A DNA stretch of 36,839 bases from a virus (taxonomy: Duplodnaviria > Caudoviricetes): positions 1 to 36,839 of the IMG/VR virus record IMGVR_UViG_3300032247_001862; one strand, written 5' to 3'. Each line of letters starts with the position of its first letter. Position 1 is the first letter of the stretch. The notes under the pieces were generated by a model. That model was not told where the DNA came from and made no database searches. It worked only from the letters and a program-made list of their open reading frames with translations. Shown piece by piece: positions 9,286-17,171 of this stretch. The translations under genes and the position numbers were made by a program.

Positions 9286-9729
9286 ATGTCCACAGTAACC
9301 TTTGCCGGCTTTAGCCGTGTTGCAGGTGTGCTCAAATTCCGCACTGCCAACGATGTCAAGCGAATTGACCAGCTTCGTAAATTGGGTGACACTGATGTTG
9401 TTATTTTGCAACTGCCGCAGGAAATGAGCAAAAATGATGCCGCAAAATTTGTGCTGACCAATTTGGATTCTGGCAAGTATTTTGTTGAGGCAAAAGAAGC
9501 CGAAGCCTTGCTCGCGGGACTGGTCAAGGACGAGAATCCGTTTGCAAAACCCGTCAAGACTGTGGCAAAAAAGCCACAAAAAGTGGTCAAAACTGTGGCA
9601 AAAAAGCCACAGGCCAAGCCCGCTGTAACAGCGGCTCCTGCCATGGAATTTGTGGCTGTAAACCCACAAAATGCCGCCAAAATCCGTGCTCAATTCATCA
9701 AGAAGCTGTTTAAAGAGGTTGCGGAATAA
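9286..9729 (+). CDS. hypothetical phage protein with Lys/Ala/Pro-rich tail
   Basis: AAGGAG RBS; duplicated VKTVAKKPQ. Confidence 0.8.
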   Translation: MSTVTFAGFSRVAGVLKFRTANDVKRIDQLRKLGDTDVVILQLPQEMSKNDAAKFVLTNLDSGKYFVEAKEAEALLAGLVKDENPFAKPVKTVAKKPQKVVKTVAKKPQAKPAVTAAPAMEFVAVNPQNAAKIRAQFIKKLFKEVAE

Positions 9730-9747
9730 ACCAAAATCCGGTATAAT
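9719..9747 (+). promoter_or_regulatory. sigma70-type promoter
   Basis: TTGCGG-17 bp-TATAAT. Confidence 0.7.
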
Positions 9748-9777
9748 AATTGTATTGTAAACAAAACGGAGTTCGAA

Positions 9778-10056
9778 ATGAGTTATGTAATCGTTAGCAA
9801 AGGTACCGGTTTAATCGTCACAGACGGTCCTAATAAAACCCGTGCATACAAAACTTTTGGTGCCGCCAAGGCCACTCGTACCCGTCTCTGCCGCAAAGCA
9901 GGTTGGAGCGAGGACCAACTGAACATTGTGAGCCGTGACACCTATCGGGCTCCCAAGGTCACTGTCAAGAATTTGATGACGGGCAAGCCAGTGACCATCG
10001 ATGCAGACACTCCTTGGTGTTGCAACCCTGCCAGCGAAACTTATTGGTCAATGTAA
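9778..10056 (+). CDS. hypothetical phage protein
   Basis: GGAG RBS; C-terminal TPWCCNPASETYWSM. Confidence 0.8.
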   Translation: MSYVIVSKGTGLIVTDGPNKTRAYKTFGAAKATRTRLCRKAGWSEDQLNIVSRDTYRAPKVTVKNLMTGKPVTIDADTPWCCNPASETYWSM

Positions 10057-10067
10057 CAAAAAAACAA

Positions 10068-10096
10068 CAGACCAATAAAGACAAATCTTGTATAAT
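10068..10096 (+). promoter_or_regulatory. sigma70-type promoter with weak -35
   Basis: CAGACC-17 bp-TATAAT; the palindrome at 10052-10069 overlaps the -35. Confidence 0.65.
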
Positions 10097-10126
10097 ACTT
10101 GTATTAATTAACTAAAGGAGTATTTT

Positions 10127-11227
10127 ATGTCCGTGACTGAAAACCGTAGTGTTACCCCCAGCGAAGCCCGTAGCCGTGTGCTCCGAGCATTCAAAGCTCA
10201 GCGTCCTGTGTTCTTGTGGGGCCCTCCTGGTATTGGCAAATCAGAATTGGTAGCAGGCTTGACTGAAGATCTCGGTGGCCACATGATCGACTTGCGCCTG
10301 GGTCAAATGGAACCCACTGATATCCGTGGTATCCCATTCTTCAACAAAAACCGAGAAGTCATGGATTGGGCTCCTCCGGTGGACTTGCCCAATGAGGAAT
10401 TGGCCAGCCAATATCCCATCGTTGTATTGTTCTTGGACGAGATGAACAGTGCCGCGCCAGCAGTTCAGGCCGCAGGCTATCAACTTATTTTGAACCGTCG
10501 TATTGGCAAATATCGATTGCCAGACAATGTGGTAATCGTTGCCGCAGGTAACCGCGAAAGCGACAAAGGTGTCACTTATCGTATGCCTAGCCCATTGGCC
10601 AACCGTTTTGTTCACTTGGAAGTGCGCCCCGACTTTGATTCGTGGTTCCAGTGGGCTGTCAACAATCAGACTCACCAAGACGTGGTAGGTTACTTGAGCT
10701 TTGCCAAGCAAGACTTGATGGACTTCAATCCCAAGAGCGCCAGCCGTGCGTTCGCTACACCTCGTAGCTGGACTTTTGTGTCGCAGTTCTTGCAAGATAC
10801 AGATGCTACCGATGCAGAACTGGCAGACTTGATTGCCGGTACTGTGGGCGACGGCTTGGCTGTGAAGTTTATGGCACACCGCAAGGTGGCTGGCCAAATG
10901 CCCAACCCATCCGATGTGTTGAGCGGCAAGGTCAAAGAGTTGAAAGTCAAAGAAGTGTCAGCCATGTACTCGTTGACAATCTCCATGTGCTACGAACTTC
11001 AAGAGCAATTCAAGAAGTTGGGCAAGGAAAAGATTGCCGACTGGCATGCCCAGGCTGACAACTTCTTGAGCTTTATGATGACCAACTTCACTACAGAATT
11101 GGTTGTGATGGGTGCTCGTGTTGCGTTGACAACTTACAACTTGCCCATGGTTCCTGGCAAGATGAAGAACTTCGACGAGTTCCACAAGCGTTTTGGCAAA
11201 TACATTATTGCCGCAAGTGGCAAGTAA
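10127..11227 (+). CDS. MoxR/dynein-related AAA+ ATPase
   Basis: GPPGIGKS, LFLDEMN, AAGNR, PLANRF, ATPRSW; AAGGAG RBS. Confidence 0.9.
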   Translation: MSVTENRSVTPSEARSRVLRAFKAQRPVFLWGPPGIGKSELVAGLTEDLGGHMIDLRLGQMEPTDIRGIPFFNKNREVMDWAPPVDLPNEELASQYPIVVLFLDEMNSAAPAVQAAGYQLILNRRIGKYRLPDNVVIVAAGNRESDKGVTYRMPSPLANRFVHLEVRPDFDSWFQWAVNNQTHQDVVGYLSFAKQDLMDFNPKSASRAFATPRSWTFVSQFLQDTDATDAELADLIAGTVGDGLAVKFMAHRKVAGQMPNPSDVLSGKVKELKVKEVSAMYSLTISMCYELQEQFKKLGKEKIADWHAQADNFLSFMMTNFTTELVVMGARVALTTYNLPMVPGKMKNFDEFHKRFGKYIIAASGK

Positions 11228-11248
11228 ACGGGTTCGCTAGTCACGGAC

Positions 11249-11282
11249 AGGAGGCGGACGAAAGTCGTAAGTCCTCCTTTTT
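11249..11282 (+). terminator. putative intrinsic terminator or structured RNA
   Basis: AGGAGG/CCTCCT stem enclosing GAC-GAAA-GTC, followed by a T run. Confidence 0.55.
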
Positions 11283-11285
11283 ATT

Positions 11286-11597
11286 ATGAGCACATTTAAA
11301 TTAACCAAACTTGATCGAAGGCATACTGGCCACGGTCTATTTACACATTATATTGATGTTGACAGTTCTGTTGCAAGTGTGCAAATACTGCATCGTTGGA
11401 GGTCGTGGTGTTGGGAAGTATTTGGCCCCGGAATCGAATTGCGATTTGCAGTTGACCCTAGAGCCGAGTTCTCGGTAGTGCCTGTCAAACTGCCAAGGCG
11501 GTGGGCATGGCAAACCGAATTTGGCAACAAGAGGATATATTTTCAAACCGAAGCCGAAGCATCGGCATTTATATTTCATTGGGATACACCAGCATGA
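11286..11597 (+). CDS. hypothetical protein
   Basis: 103 aa, Trp-rich (WCWEVFGP), ATGA-coupled downstream. Confidence 0.7.
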   Translation: MSTFKLTKLDRRHTGHGLFTHYIDVDSSVASVQILHRWRSWCWEVFGPGIELRFAVDPRAEFSVVPVKLPRRWAWQTEFGNKRIYFQTEAEASAFIFHWDTPA

Positions 11598-11890
11598 ACT
11601 ACCACTGGATTGGACATTGTCAAGAAGGTACATCGGACAAAGTGTGGGGTCTTATCAGACTCACTGACAGTACATGGAATAATGATTACGTGGCCTTTTG
11701 GGGACGACGTGGTCGAGCATTGCAAACCAAAATCCATCGTGACATTGGTCAATGGGAAGCTGACAAACTCTGCCACAAAAAAGAAGACCGCGGATACCAA
11801 ACTATTAATCCCGCTAAGTTGGATCAAGTGTATCCTGAATTTGAAAATGATTTACAGTCCACAGCCGTGTGGGCGTTATTGAAAGCATGA
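11594..11890 (+). CDS. WGR-domain protein
   Basis: GTSDKVW...FWGRRG..LQTK...KKEDRGY; start ATG 11594. Confidence 0.75.
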   Translation: MNYHWIGHCQEGTSDKVWGLIRLTDSTWNNDYVAFWGRRGRALQTKIHRDIGQWEADKLCHKKEDRGYQTINPAKLDQVYPEFENDLQSTAVWALLKA

Positions 11891-11891
11891 C

Positions 11892-12329
11892 ATGATTGAT
11901 GAAGAAGAACTTTATTTCCGACGATTCAGTCCAGAAAAACAAGAACAGATCAGAGGCCTTGTGGGCTATGCAACCTTGATGGGTCTAACCGGCAAGGATC
12001 TGGTTTCCATTGGCGGCAAGTTGGATCGGTTGAAGGTTTCTGCTGAAATAAAACGCAACATCAAAACTGTTGATTCCACTTACAACTTTTTGTTGGTCGG
12101 CAAAGACACCGACATAGACCGACGCTGGAAGATCAAAACTGATATTGGTTCTTACACTTTTGAGCGCCGAGGTTACGGTCACTTTCGGATCAGCAGTAGT
12201 ATATCCGGTATCAGTCGGACTCATTCTTTGAACAGTGATTATGCTGTTGGTCGTATCGGTCACTATAAACGTGACCGTTATAGCATGATGTTGGATGTTT
12301 ACAACGGTGTTTTCCGGCTGGATTTTTGA
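11892..12329 (+). CDS. hypothetical protein
   Basis: 145-aa ORF directly after the WGR gene. Confidence 0.7.
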   Translation: MIDEEELYFRRFSPEKQEQIRGLVGYATLMGLTGKDLVSIGGKLDRLKVSAEIKRNIKTVDSTYNFLLVGKDTDIDRRWKIKTDIGSYTFERRGYGHFRISSSISGISRTHSLNSDYAVGRIGHYKRDRYSMMLDVYNGVFRLDF

Positions 12330-12331
12330 AC

Positions 12332-12360
12332 TTGACCAATAATTCATTTGGGCGTATAAT
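12332..12360 (+). promoter_or_regulatory. sigma70-type promoter
   Basis: TTGACC-17 bp-TATAAT. Confidence 0.85.
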
Positions 12361-12386
12361 ACATATATTGTTTAAAAGGAGCTAAA

Positions 12387-13637
12387 ATGACTGTAGCAGA
12401 AAAACCCGCAGTAAAAACTGACCCAAAAGTTGACACTGCCGCTCGCGAAAAATTGATCACCGCACGTATTGGACTCTTGCTCAAGGCACCGTTTTTTGGT
12501 AACTTGGCAACTCGTATGACTTTGGTAAATGCCGATGCATGGTGCGCCACTGCCGCTACCGACGGTCGCAAATTTTACTACAATAGTGAGTTTGTGAACA
12601 AGATGCCGCTCAAGCAGGTAGAGTTTCTTGTGGGCCACGAAGTGCTTCATGCTGTTTATGACCACATGGGCCGTCGTGAACACCGCGATCCCAAAATTTC
12701 CAACATTGCCGCAGACTTTTGCGTTAACTCAGATCTGATTGATCAAAAGATTGGCGAGAAAATTACTGTGGTGGGCCTGTTGTACGATCCCAAATACCGA
12801 GGCATGAGCTATGAAGAAGTCTACGACGACTTGATGAAAAATGCTAACAAGATCGATATCAACAAATTGTTGCAACAAGTGTTGGACGACCACATGGATG
12901 GCGAAGACGGTGAAGGCGACGGTGATGGCGATGTTGACGGTAGTGGCAAACGACCCAAACTGACAGCCGACGAGCGCAAGGCCATTCGTGACGAAGTCAA
13001 AGAAGCTGTCATGCAAGCCGCTCAGGCAGTGGGTGCAGGTAACTTGCCCGGCGGTGTCAAACGCATGATCAAGGACTTGACTGAGCCCATGATTGGTTGG
13101 AAAGAATTGTTGGAACAACAAATTCAGAGTACTATCAAGAACGACTATACATTCGCTCGCCCAGGTCGCAAGAGCTGGCACTTGGATGCCATTTTGCCTG
13201 CACAGAAGCCCGGTGAGACCATTGACATTGTGATTGGTATTGACACATCGGGTTCAATTGGTCCCGAAGATCTCAAAGTTTTCTTTAGCGAGATCAAGGG
13301 TATCATGGATTCCTATACCGAGTACAAGATTGTGGTCATGGGTTGGGATACCGAGATTGGTGGCGTCGGCGAGTTCACCAGTGACAACATGGAAGATATT
13401 ACCACGTTTGATCCGCAAGGTGGTGGCGGTACCGATCCCATGTGTGTTTGGGAATACTTGAAAGAGCACAACATTGAGCCCAAGAAATTGATCATGTTCA
13501 CTGACTACTGTTTCTTTGGTTGGACTCCAGACGAAGTTGAAGGCTACTGCGATACAGTTTGGATCATCAAAGGCAACCCTAATGCCGAACCCGAGTTTGG
13601 TATTTGGGCACACTACGAAGAAGCCGCTAAAGGTTAA
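12387..13637 (+). CDS. DUF2201-type metallopeptidase plus VWA domain protein (MoxR partner)
   Basis: TAATDG, HEVLH (HExxH), NIAAD, acidic linker, MIDAS DTSGS, GGGGT, FTD. Confidence 0.88.
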   Translation: MTVAEKPAVKTDPKVDTAAREKLITARIGLLLKAPFFGNLATRMTLVNADAWCATAATDGRKFYYNSEFVNKMPLKQVEFLVGHEVLHAVYDHMGRREHRDPKISNIAADFCVNSDLIDQKIGEKITVVGLLYDPKYRGMSYEEVYDDLMKNANKIDINKLLQQVLDDHMDGEDGEGDGDGDVDGSGKRPKLTADERKAIRDEVKEAVMQAAQAVGAGNLPGGVKRMIKDLTEPMIGWKELLEQQIQSTIKNDYTFARPGRKSWHLDAILPAQKPGETIDIVIGIDTSGSIGPEDLKVFFSEIKGIMDSYTEYKIVVMGWDTEIGGVGEFTSDNMEDITTFDPQGGGGTDPMCVWEYLKEHNIEPKKLIMFTDYCFFGWTPDEVEGYCDTVWIIKGNPNAEPEFGIWAHYEEAAKG

Positions 13638-13639
13638 TC

Positions 13640-14104
13640 ATGTACCTACTGGCCATGCTGGCGACTGCTTACTACTTGTATCGCTTGCGCGGTCACGAGA
13701 CCTGGTGGTTCCTGGCTTGGCCAGGTACTGTTGTACACGAAGCTTCGCATTACCTGGTTGGAAAACTGACCAATGGCGAACCATTTGACTTTAATGTGGC
13801 ACCAGATGCTTCAGTCAATGGCAAAAGGCAATTGGGTAGTGTGAGCTTTCGCAACATTACATGGTTCAACGCCGCTCCAATTGGCTTTGCTCCTGTGCTG
13901 TGTGTGTTGGCGGCTTGGTGGTTGTTGCATGTCCATACCGGTAGTCTCTTGGGAAATGGTGCTATGATAGTGTTGGCGTCAAGTGTGCTGTCTGGCTGTT
14001 TTCCCAGTTCAGCTGACATCAAAATTGCGACCAGGTATGCGTCTGGATTGATATTCTGGATCACTGTGATTGTTTTGTTTTTTCATTATAAAGGAATTGT
14101 ATGA
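13640..14104 (+). CDS. M50-like membrane metallopeptidase
   Basis: PGTVVHEASH, IGFAP and PSSAD motifs among hydrophobic helices. Confidence 0.7.
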   Translation: MYLLAMLATAYYLYRLRGHETWWFLAWPGTVVHEASHYLVGKLTNGEPFDFNVAPDASVNGKRQLGSVSFRNITWFNAAPIGFAPVLCVLAAWWLLHVHTGSLLGNGAMIVLASSVLSGCFPSSADIKIATRYASGLIFWITVIVLFFHYKGIV

Positions 14105-14403
14105 GTAATACTGCTGTTGACGAAAAAGATATCCCCAAACTGGAGCCCATTTTCCATGGTGCCCCGGACACTGTGGAGCAAGCCATTGAGCGCATCATGG
14201 AATTAGAAATGCGACTCGAGGACCTGAGTCGTGCATGCGAAATTGCCGGCATCACTGGCCAATTGGAAATTGTGGCGGCATTCCGCGACCAGGCCGAAGA
14301 GTGTTTGACTCGTAAAATTACCATCGAGCAACCCAGTGCTGAAAATCTCAAAATCACTGTGGTTACCGGCGAAGTGGAAGCCAGCAAACTGGAAAATAAA
14401 TAA
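14101..14403 (+). CDS. hypothetical acidic protein
   Basis: AAGGA RBS, ATGA overlap. Confidence 0.7.
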   Translation: MSNTAVDEKDIPKLEPIFHGAPDTVEQAIERIMELEMRLEDLSRACEIAGITGQLEIVAAFRDQAEECLTRKITIEQPSAENLKITVVTGEVEASKLENK

Positions 14404-14405
14404 CT
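14397..14405 (+). promoter_or_regulatory. putative late promoter, leaderless
   Basis: TAAATA-ACTC-ATG(14407). Confidence 0.45.
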
Positions 14406-14406
14406 C

Positions 14407-15117
14407 ATGCGCTCAGGTCGGCTGTTCACGTTTGGTTGTAGCTTTACTGCCTATATCTGGCCAACCTGGGCCGATATCCTGGGCCGAGAATTTGAGCATT
14501 ATGAAAACTGGGGACAGCTCGGCGCTGGAAATCAATATATCTTCAACAGCTTGATAGAGTGTAATCAGCGACACAGATTCACTGCCAATGATACTGTTGC
14601 TGTTATGTGGACCAATGTTGCTAGAGAAGATAGATACATACACGATCAATGGATCACTTCCGGCAATATATATCACTGTGGCGGCTATTACGACTCAAGT
14701 TTTATTAAAAAATACACCAGCGAAAGAGGTTACTTGATACGGGACCTTGCCACTATCACAGCCAGCCAGGATCTGTTGACGCACTGGGGTGTCAACAGCA
14801 TACAGCTTTGCATGGTACCGTTGGACAATGTGGATCAATATGATGTGACAACTAGCCCAGACCGAGATGTGGTTGAACTGTATCAACCCACCTTGGATGC
14901 TGTCAGACCCAGCGTGTACGAAACCATTTATAATTTCGATTGGCTGTCTCGGGCCAATCGATATGCTGTAGGCGACAAGCATCCTGACACTCCTACACAT
15001 TTGGAATTTTTGCAAAAGGTATTGCCCGAGTATGATATCTCGCCAGATACCATTGACTGGGTACGCAATTACCAGCATAATAAAAACTACACGATGCCTG
15101 ACCCGGAAAGATTGTGA
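14407..15117 (+). CDS. SGNH-hydrolase-like protein
   Basis: FGCSFT, GAGNQYI, MWTNVARED, DKHP. Confidence 0.7.
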   Translation: MRSGRLFTFGCSFTAYIWPTWADILGREFEHYENWGQLGAGNQYIFNSLIECNQRHRFTANDTVAVMWTNVAREDRYIHDQWITSGNIYHCGGYYDSSFIKKYTSERGYLIRDLATITASQDLLTHWGVNSIQLCMVPLDNVDQYDVTTSPDRDVVELYQPTLDAVRPSVYETIYNFDWLSRANRYAVGDKHPDTPTHLEFLQKVLPEYDISPDTIDWVRNYQHNKNYTMPDPERL

Positions 15118-15407
15118 TGCTGAAATTAAACGAAGTTAACCCATTGGCTGTTTTTGGACTGCGTAGGCTTGAGCATTGCCCGCCCTATTTCACTGTGGTG
15201 GCGTTTAACCTGACGTCAAGCGAAAAGAAAATATCCGATTGGGTCTGGGAAAATCTAACCGGAAGATTCTATCTTGGAGATCATTATGGAACCGGTGATT
15301 CGGGCAAAATTGAAATTCAAAAAGTTGCCGCTTTCGAACAGCCAGGTGAAGCCAGCTATTTCAGTCTAATCTTGGATACCATCAACAAGCAAGATTCTGA
15401 CTGGTAA
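15117..15407 (+). CDS. hypothetical phage protein
   Basis: TGATG coupling; ~96 aa. Confidence 0.7.
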   Translation: MLKLNEVNPLAVFGLRRLEHCPPYFTVVAFNLTSSEKKISDWVWENLTGRFYLGDHYGTGDSGKIEIQKVAAFEQPGEASYFSLILDTINKQDSDW

Positions 15408-15412
15408 AAAAT

Positions 15413-15465
15413 TTTTCCGTTGCAGACGCTATGGTTAAATAACTATAGTTATTTACAACGGAGAA
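15413..15465 (+). promoter_or_regulatory. late-type promoter in a 20-bp palindrome with an RBS-sequestering hairpin
   Basis: TAAATAACTATAGTTATTTA (15436-15455) is a perfect palindrome; TTTTCCGTTG (15413-15422) pairs with CAACGGAGAA (15456-15465). Confidence 0.6.
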
Positions 15466-15469
15466 CTGT

Positions 15470-15703
15470 ATGTCAGACCAAGACCTAAATCAAGAAACCC
15501 CCGCAGTTGAACCAACTGCACCAGCTCTAACACTAGCCGACCTAACACTGGCGTTGCAGACCATTCAAGTGGTTGCACAGCGCGGTGCCATTCGTGCCGA
15601 CGAAATGGTTGCTGTGGGTGGGTTGCACGATCGTTTATTTGCTTTCCTAGAATCTCAGGGTGCAATTACACGCAAGGCACCCGAAGCCCCTCAAGGAGAA
15701 TGA
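15470..15703 (+). CDS. hypothetical phage protein
   Basis: GGAG RBS; RGAIRADEM..VG motif. Confidence 0.75.
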   Translation: MSDQDLNQETPAVEPTAPALTLADLTLALQTIQVVAQRGAIRADEMVAVGGLHDRLFAFLESQGAITRKAPEAPQGE

Positions 15704-15704
15704 T

Positions 15705-16376
15705 ATGATGTTAAAACATATCGGTCGCCACAACGACAAAAAAATTGTATTAGCCTATCGTCAAATTCCCGGTGACGACCACATGTGTTTGGTTATCTAC
15801 AGCGACATGCTACCACAATTGATTCACGACGAAGTCATGAAAGTGTTGGAAAGTCCAGTCGGGCAACAGGCCAGCGAACTGGCTGATGCGCTGTTCCGTA
15901 CCACAATGACAGACGGTCGTAACTGTTTGGAAGTTTTACACAAGTCAGGTTATCTAAAAAAGGTAGCTTGCAACCAAGTTTTAATCACTCCCAATGCCAA
16001 ATCAAATGTGCGTTTGGATGAGTTAAACAAGATTCTAAATGAAATGGCGCAAGGCGAAGAAGCTGTCAAGCGCATGGCCAACCTTGACAAGAATGCCGGG
16101 ATGGTCACACGTGCCGAACCCAAAGAGGTGGGTGCAAATCCTGCAAGCCGTACTACACCGGCTGCTCCAGGCACTGCCGCAATTGGTGATGTCTTGACAG
16201 ACGAACAGTTGGCCAGTCAGCGTGTTGCACAGGCAGCAAAAATGAAGTTAGATGCTCAAGCACTATTGGCAGAGGCCGCTAGACTCGAGCAAGAAGCCAA
16301 CACCATTTCACCTAAGAATAATAATGTCACAGCACCCAAAAAAGCCGGGCGACCCAAAAAGGCCCAAACGGCTTAA
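15705..16376 (+). CDS. hypothetical phage protein with basic C-terminal tail
   Basis: AAGGAG RBS before ATG 15705; ends with AT-hook-like KKAGRPKK. Confidence 0.8.
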   Translation: MMLKHIGRHNDKKIVLAYRQIPGDDHMCLVIYSDMLPQLIHDEVMKVLESPVGQQASELADALFRTTMTDGRNCLEVLHKSGYLKKVACNQVLITPNAKSNVRLDELNKILNEMAQGEEAVKRMANLDKNAGMVTRAEPKEVGANPASRTTPAAPGTAAIGDVLTDEQLASQRVAQAAKMKLDAQALLAEAARLEQEANTISPKNNNVTAPKKAGRPKKAQTA

Positions 16377-16674
16377 ATTAACGATCACTGAGAGAGCTAA
16401 GTGGAAACAGATACTGAAAGAGGTTGAAAAAGCCGAAGCCCCAGTATCTGTTTTACAAGGTATCACGGTACACCTGATAGACGGCACTCAAGTCAACATC
16501 GATGTACAAGAGCTGTTGAACGAAGGTATACTGCCAGAAGATTTAGAAGAAGATATAAATCAAAAGCTACAGGATTTAGATCACATTATTGAAAATGTTG
16601 ATTTTTTTATCAGCATAGAACATGTTGCAAAAACTGTTCAACCATTTACAGACAACTTACTTAAAAACTTATGA
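16324..16674 (+). CDS. hypothetical acidic protein
   Basis: Likely start ATG 16324; ATGA-coupled to DHFR. Confidence 0.7.
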   Translation: MSQHPKKPGDPKRPKRLKLTITERAKWKQILKEVEKAEAPVSVLQGITVHLIDGTQVNIDVQELLNEGILPEDLEEDINQKLQDLDHIIENVDFFISIEHVAKTVQPFTDNLLKNL

Positions 16675-17171
16675 TTAATGCCCTACTCGCCGTGGATCAA
16701 TTCGGCGGTATGGGGTTCAATGGTACATTGCCTTGGCCCCATGACGCCGAGGACATGGCCAACTTTGCTCGATTGACCAAAAACCACATTGTGGTAATGG
16801 GACGCCGTACCTGGGATGACCCCAAAATGCCCAAGCCCTTGCTGGGCAGGATTGTGTACGTGGCCACCAACCGTGCTGTGGACTATGCCAATTCCATCAC
16901 TGGCGACCTGAGACAACATCTGGTCAGACTGGAAAAAGAGAATCCCGATCGTAAAATTTGGGTCGTTGGCGGTACTGAAATATTTGATCAATGCGCGGGC
17001 ATGTTTGATCGTATTTACATGACTCACATGGCTGGTGTCTATCGCAATGACAAAAAAATACAAATAAACAAAATGCTGACCGGATTTAGACCTGTTAGTT
17101 GTTCTCACACCCCCGGTAGCAAGGCCACATTCATAACGTATGAGAGTGTGTTCAAAGGCATCCGTGAATGA
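16671..17171 (+). CDS. folA: dihydrofolate reductase
   Basis: GMGFNGTLPW...ED, VVMGRRTW, PLLGR, WVVGG. Confidence 0.93.
   Translation: MINALLAVDQFGGMGFNGTLPWPHDAEDMANFARLTKNHIVVMGRRTWDDPKMPKPLLGRIVYVATNRAVDYANSITGDLRQHLVRLEKENPDRKIWVVGGTEIFDQCAGMFDRIYMTHMAGVYRNDKKIQINKMLTGFRPVSCSHTPGSKATFITYESVFKGIRE

Larger units (their letters stand above)
9197..10069. repeat. five copies of an 18-bp TGT-N12-ACA palindromic motif
   Basis: 9197 TGTTGCAAAAAAGCCACA; 9561 and 9594 TGTGGCAAAAAAGCCACA; 9651 TGTGGCTGTAAACCCACA; 10052 TGTAACAAAAAAACAACA. Confidence 0.75.

Noticed and set aside
9279-9693. Antisense ORFs over the 147-aa gene
   Set aside because: The + ORF has the promoter and AAGGAG RBS; the antisense frames have no supporting signals.
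11228-11285. c-di-GMP-I riboswitch or HDV/hammerhead ribozyme
   Set aside because: Only superficial similarity; the conserved cores and second stem or pseudoknot could not be built.
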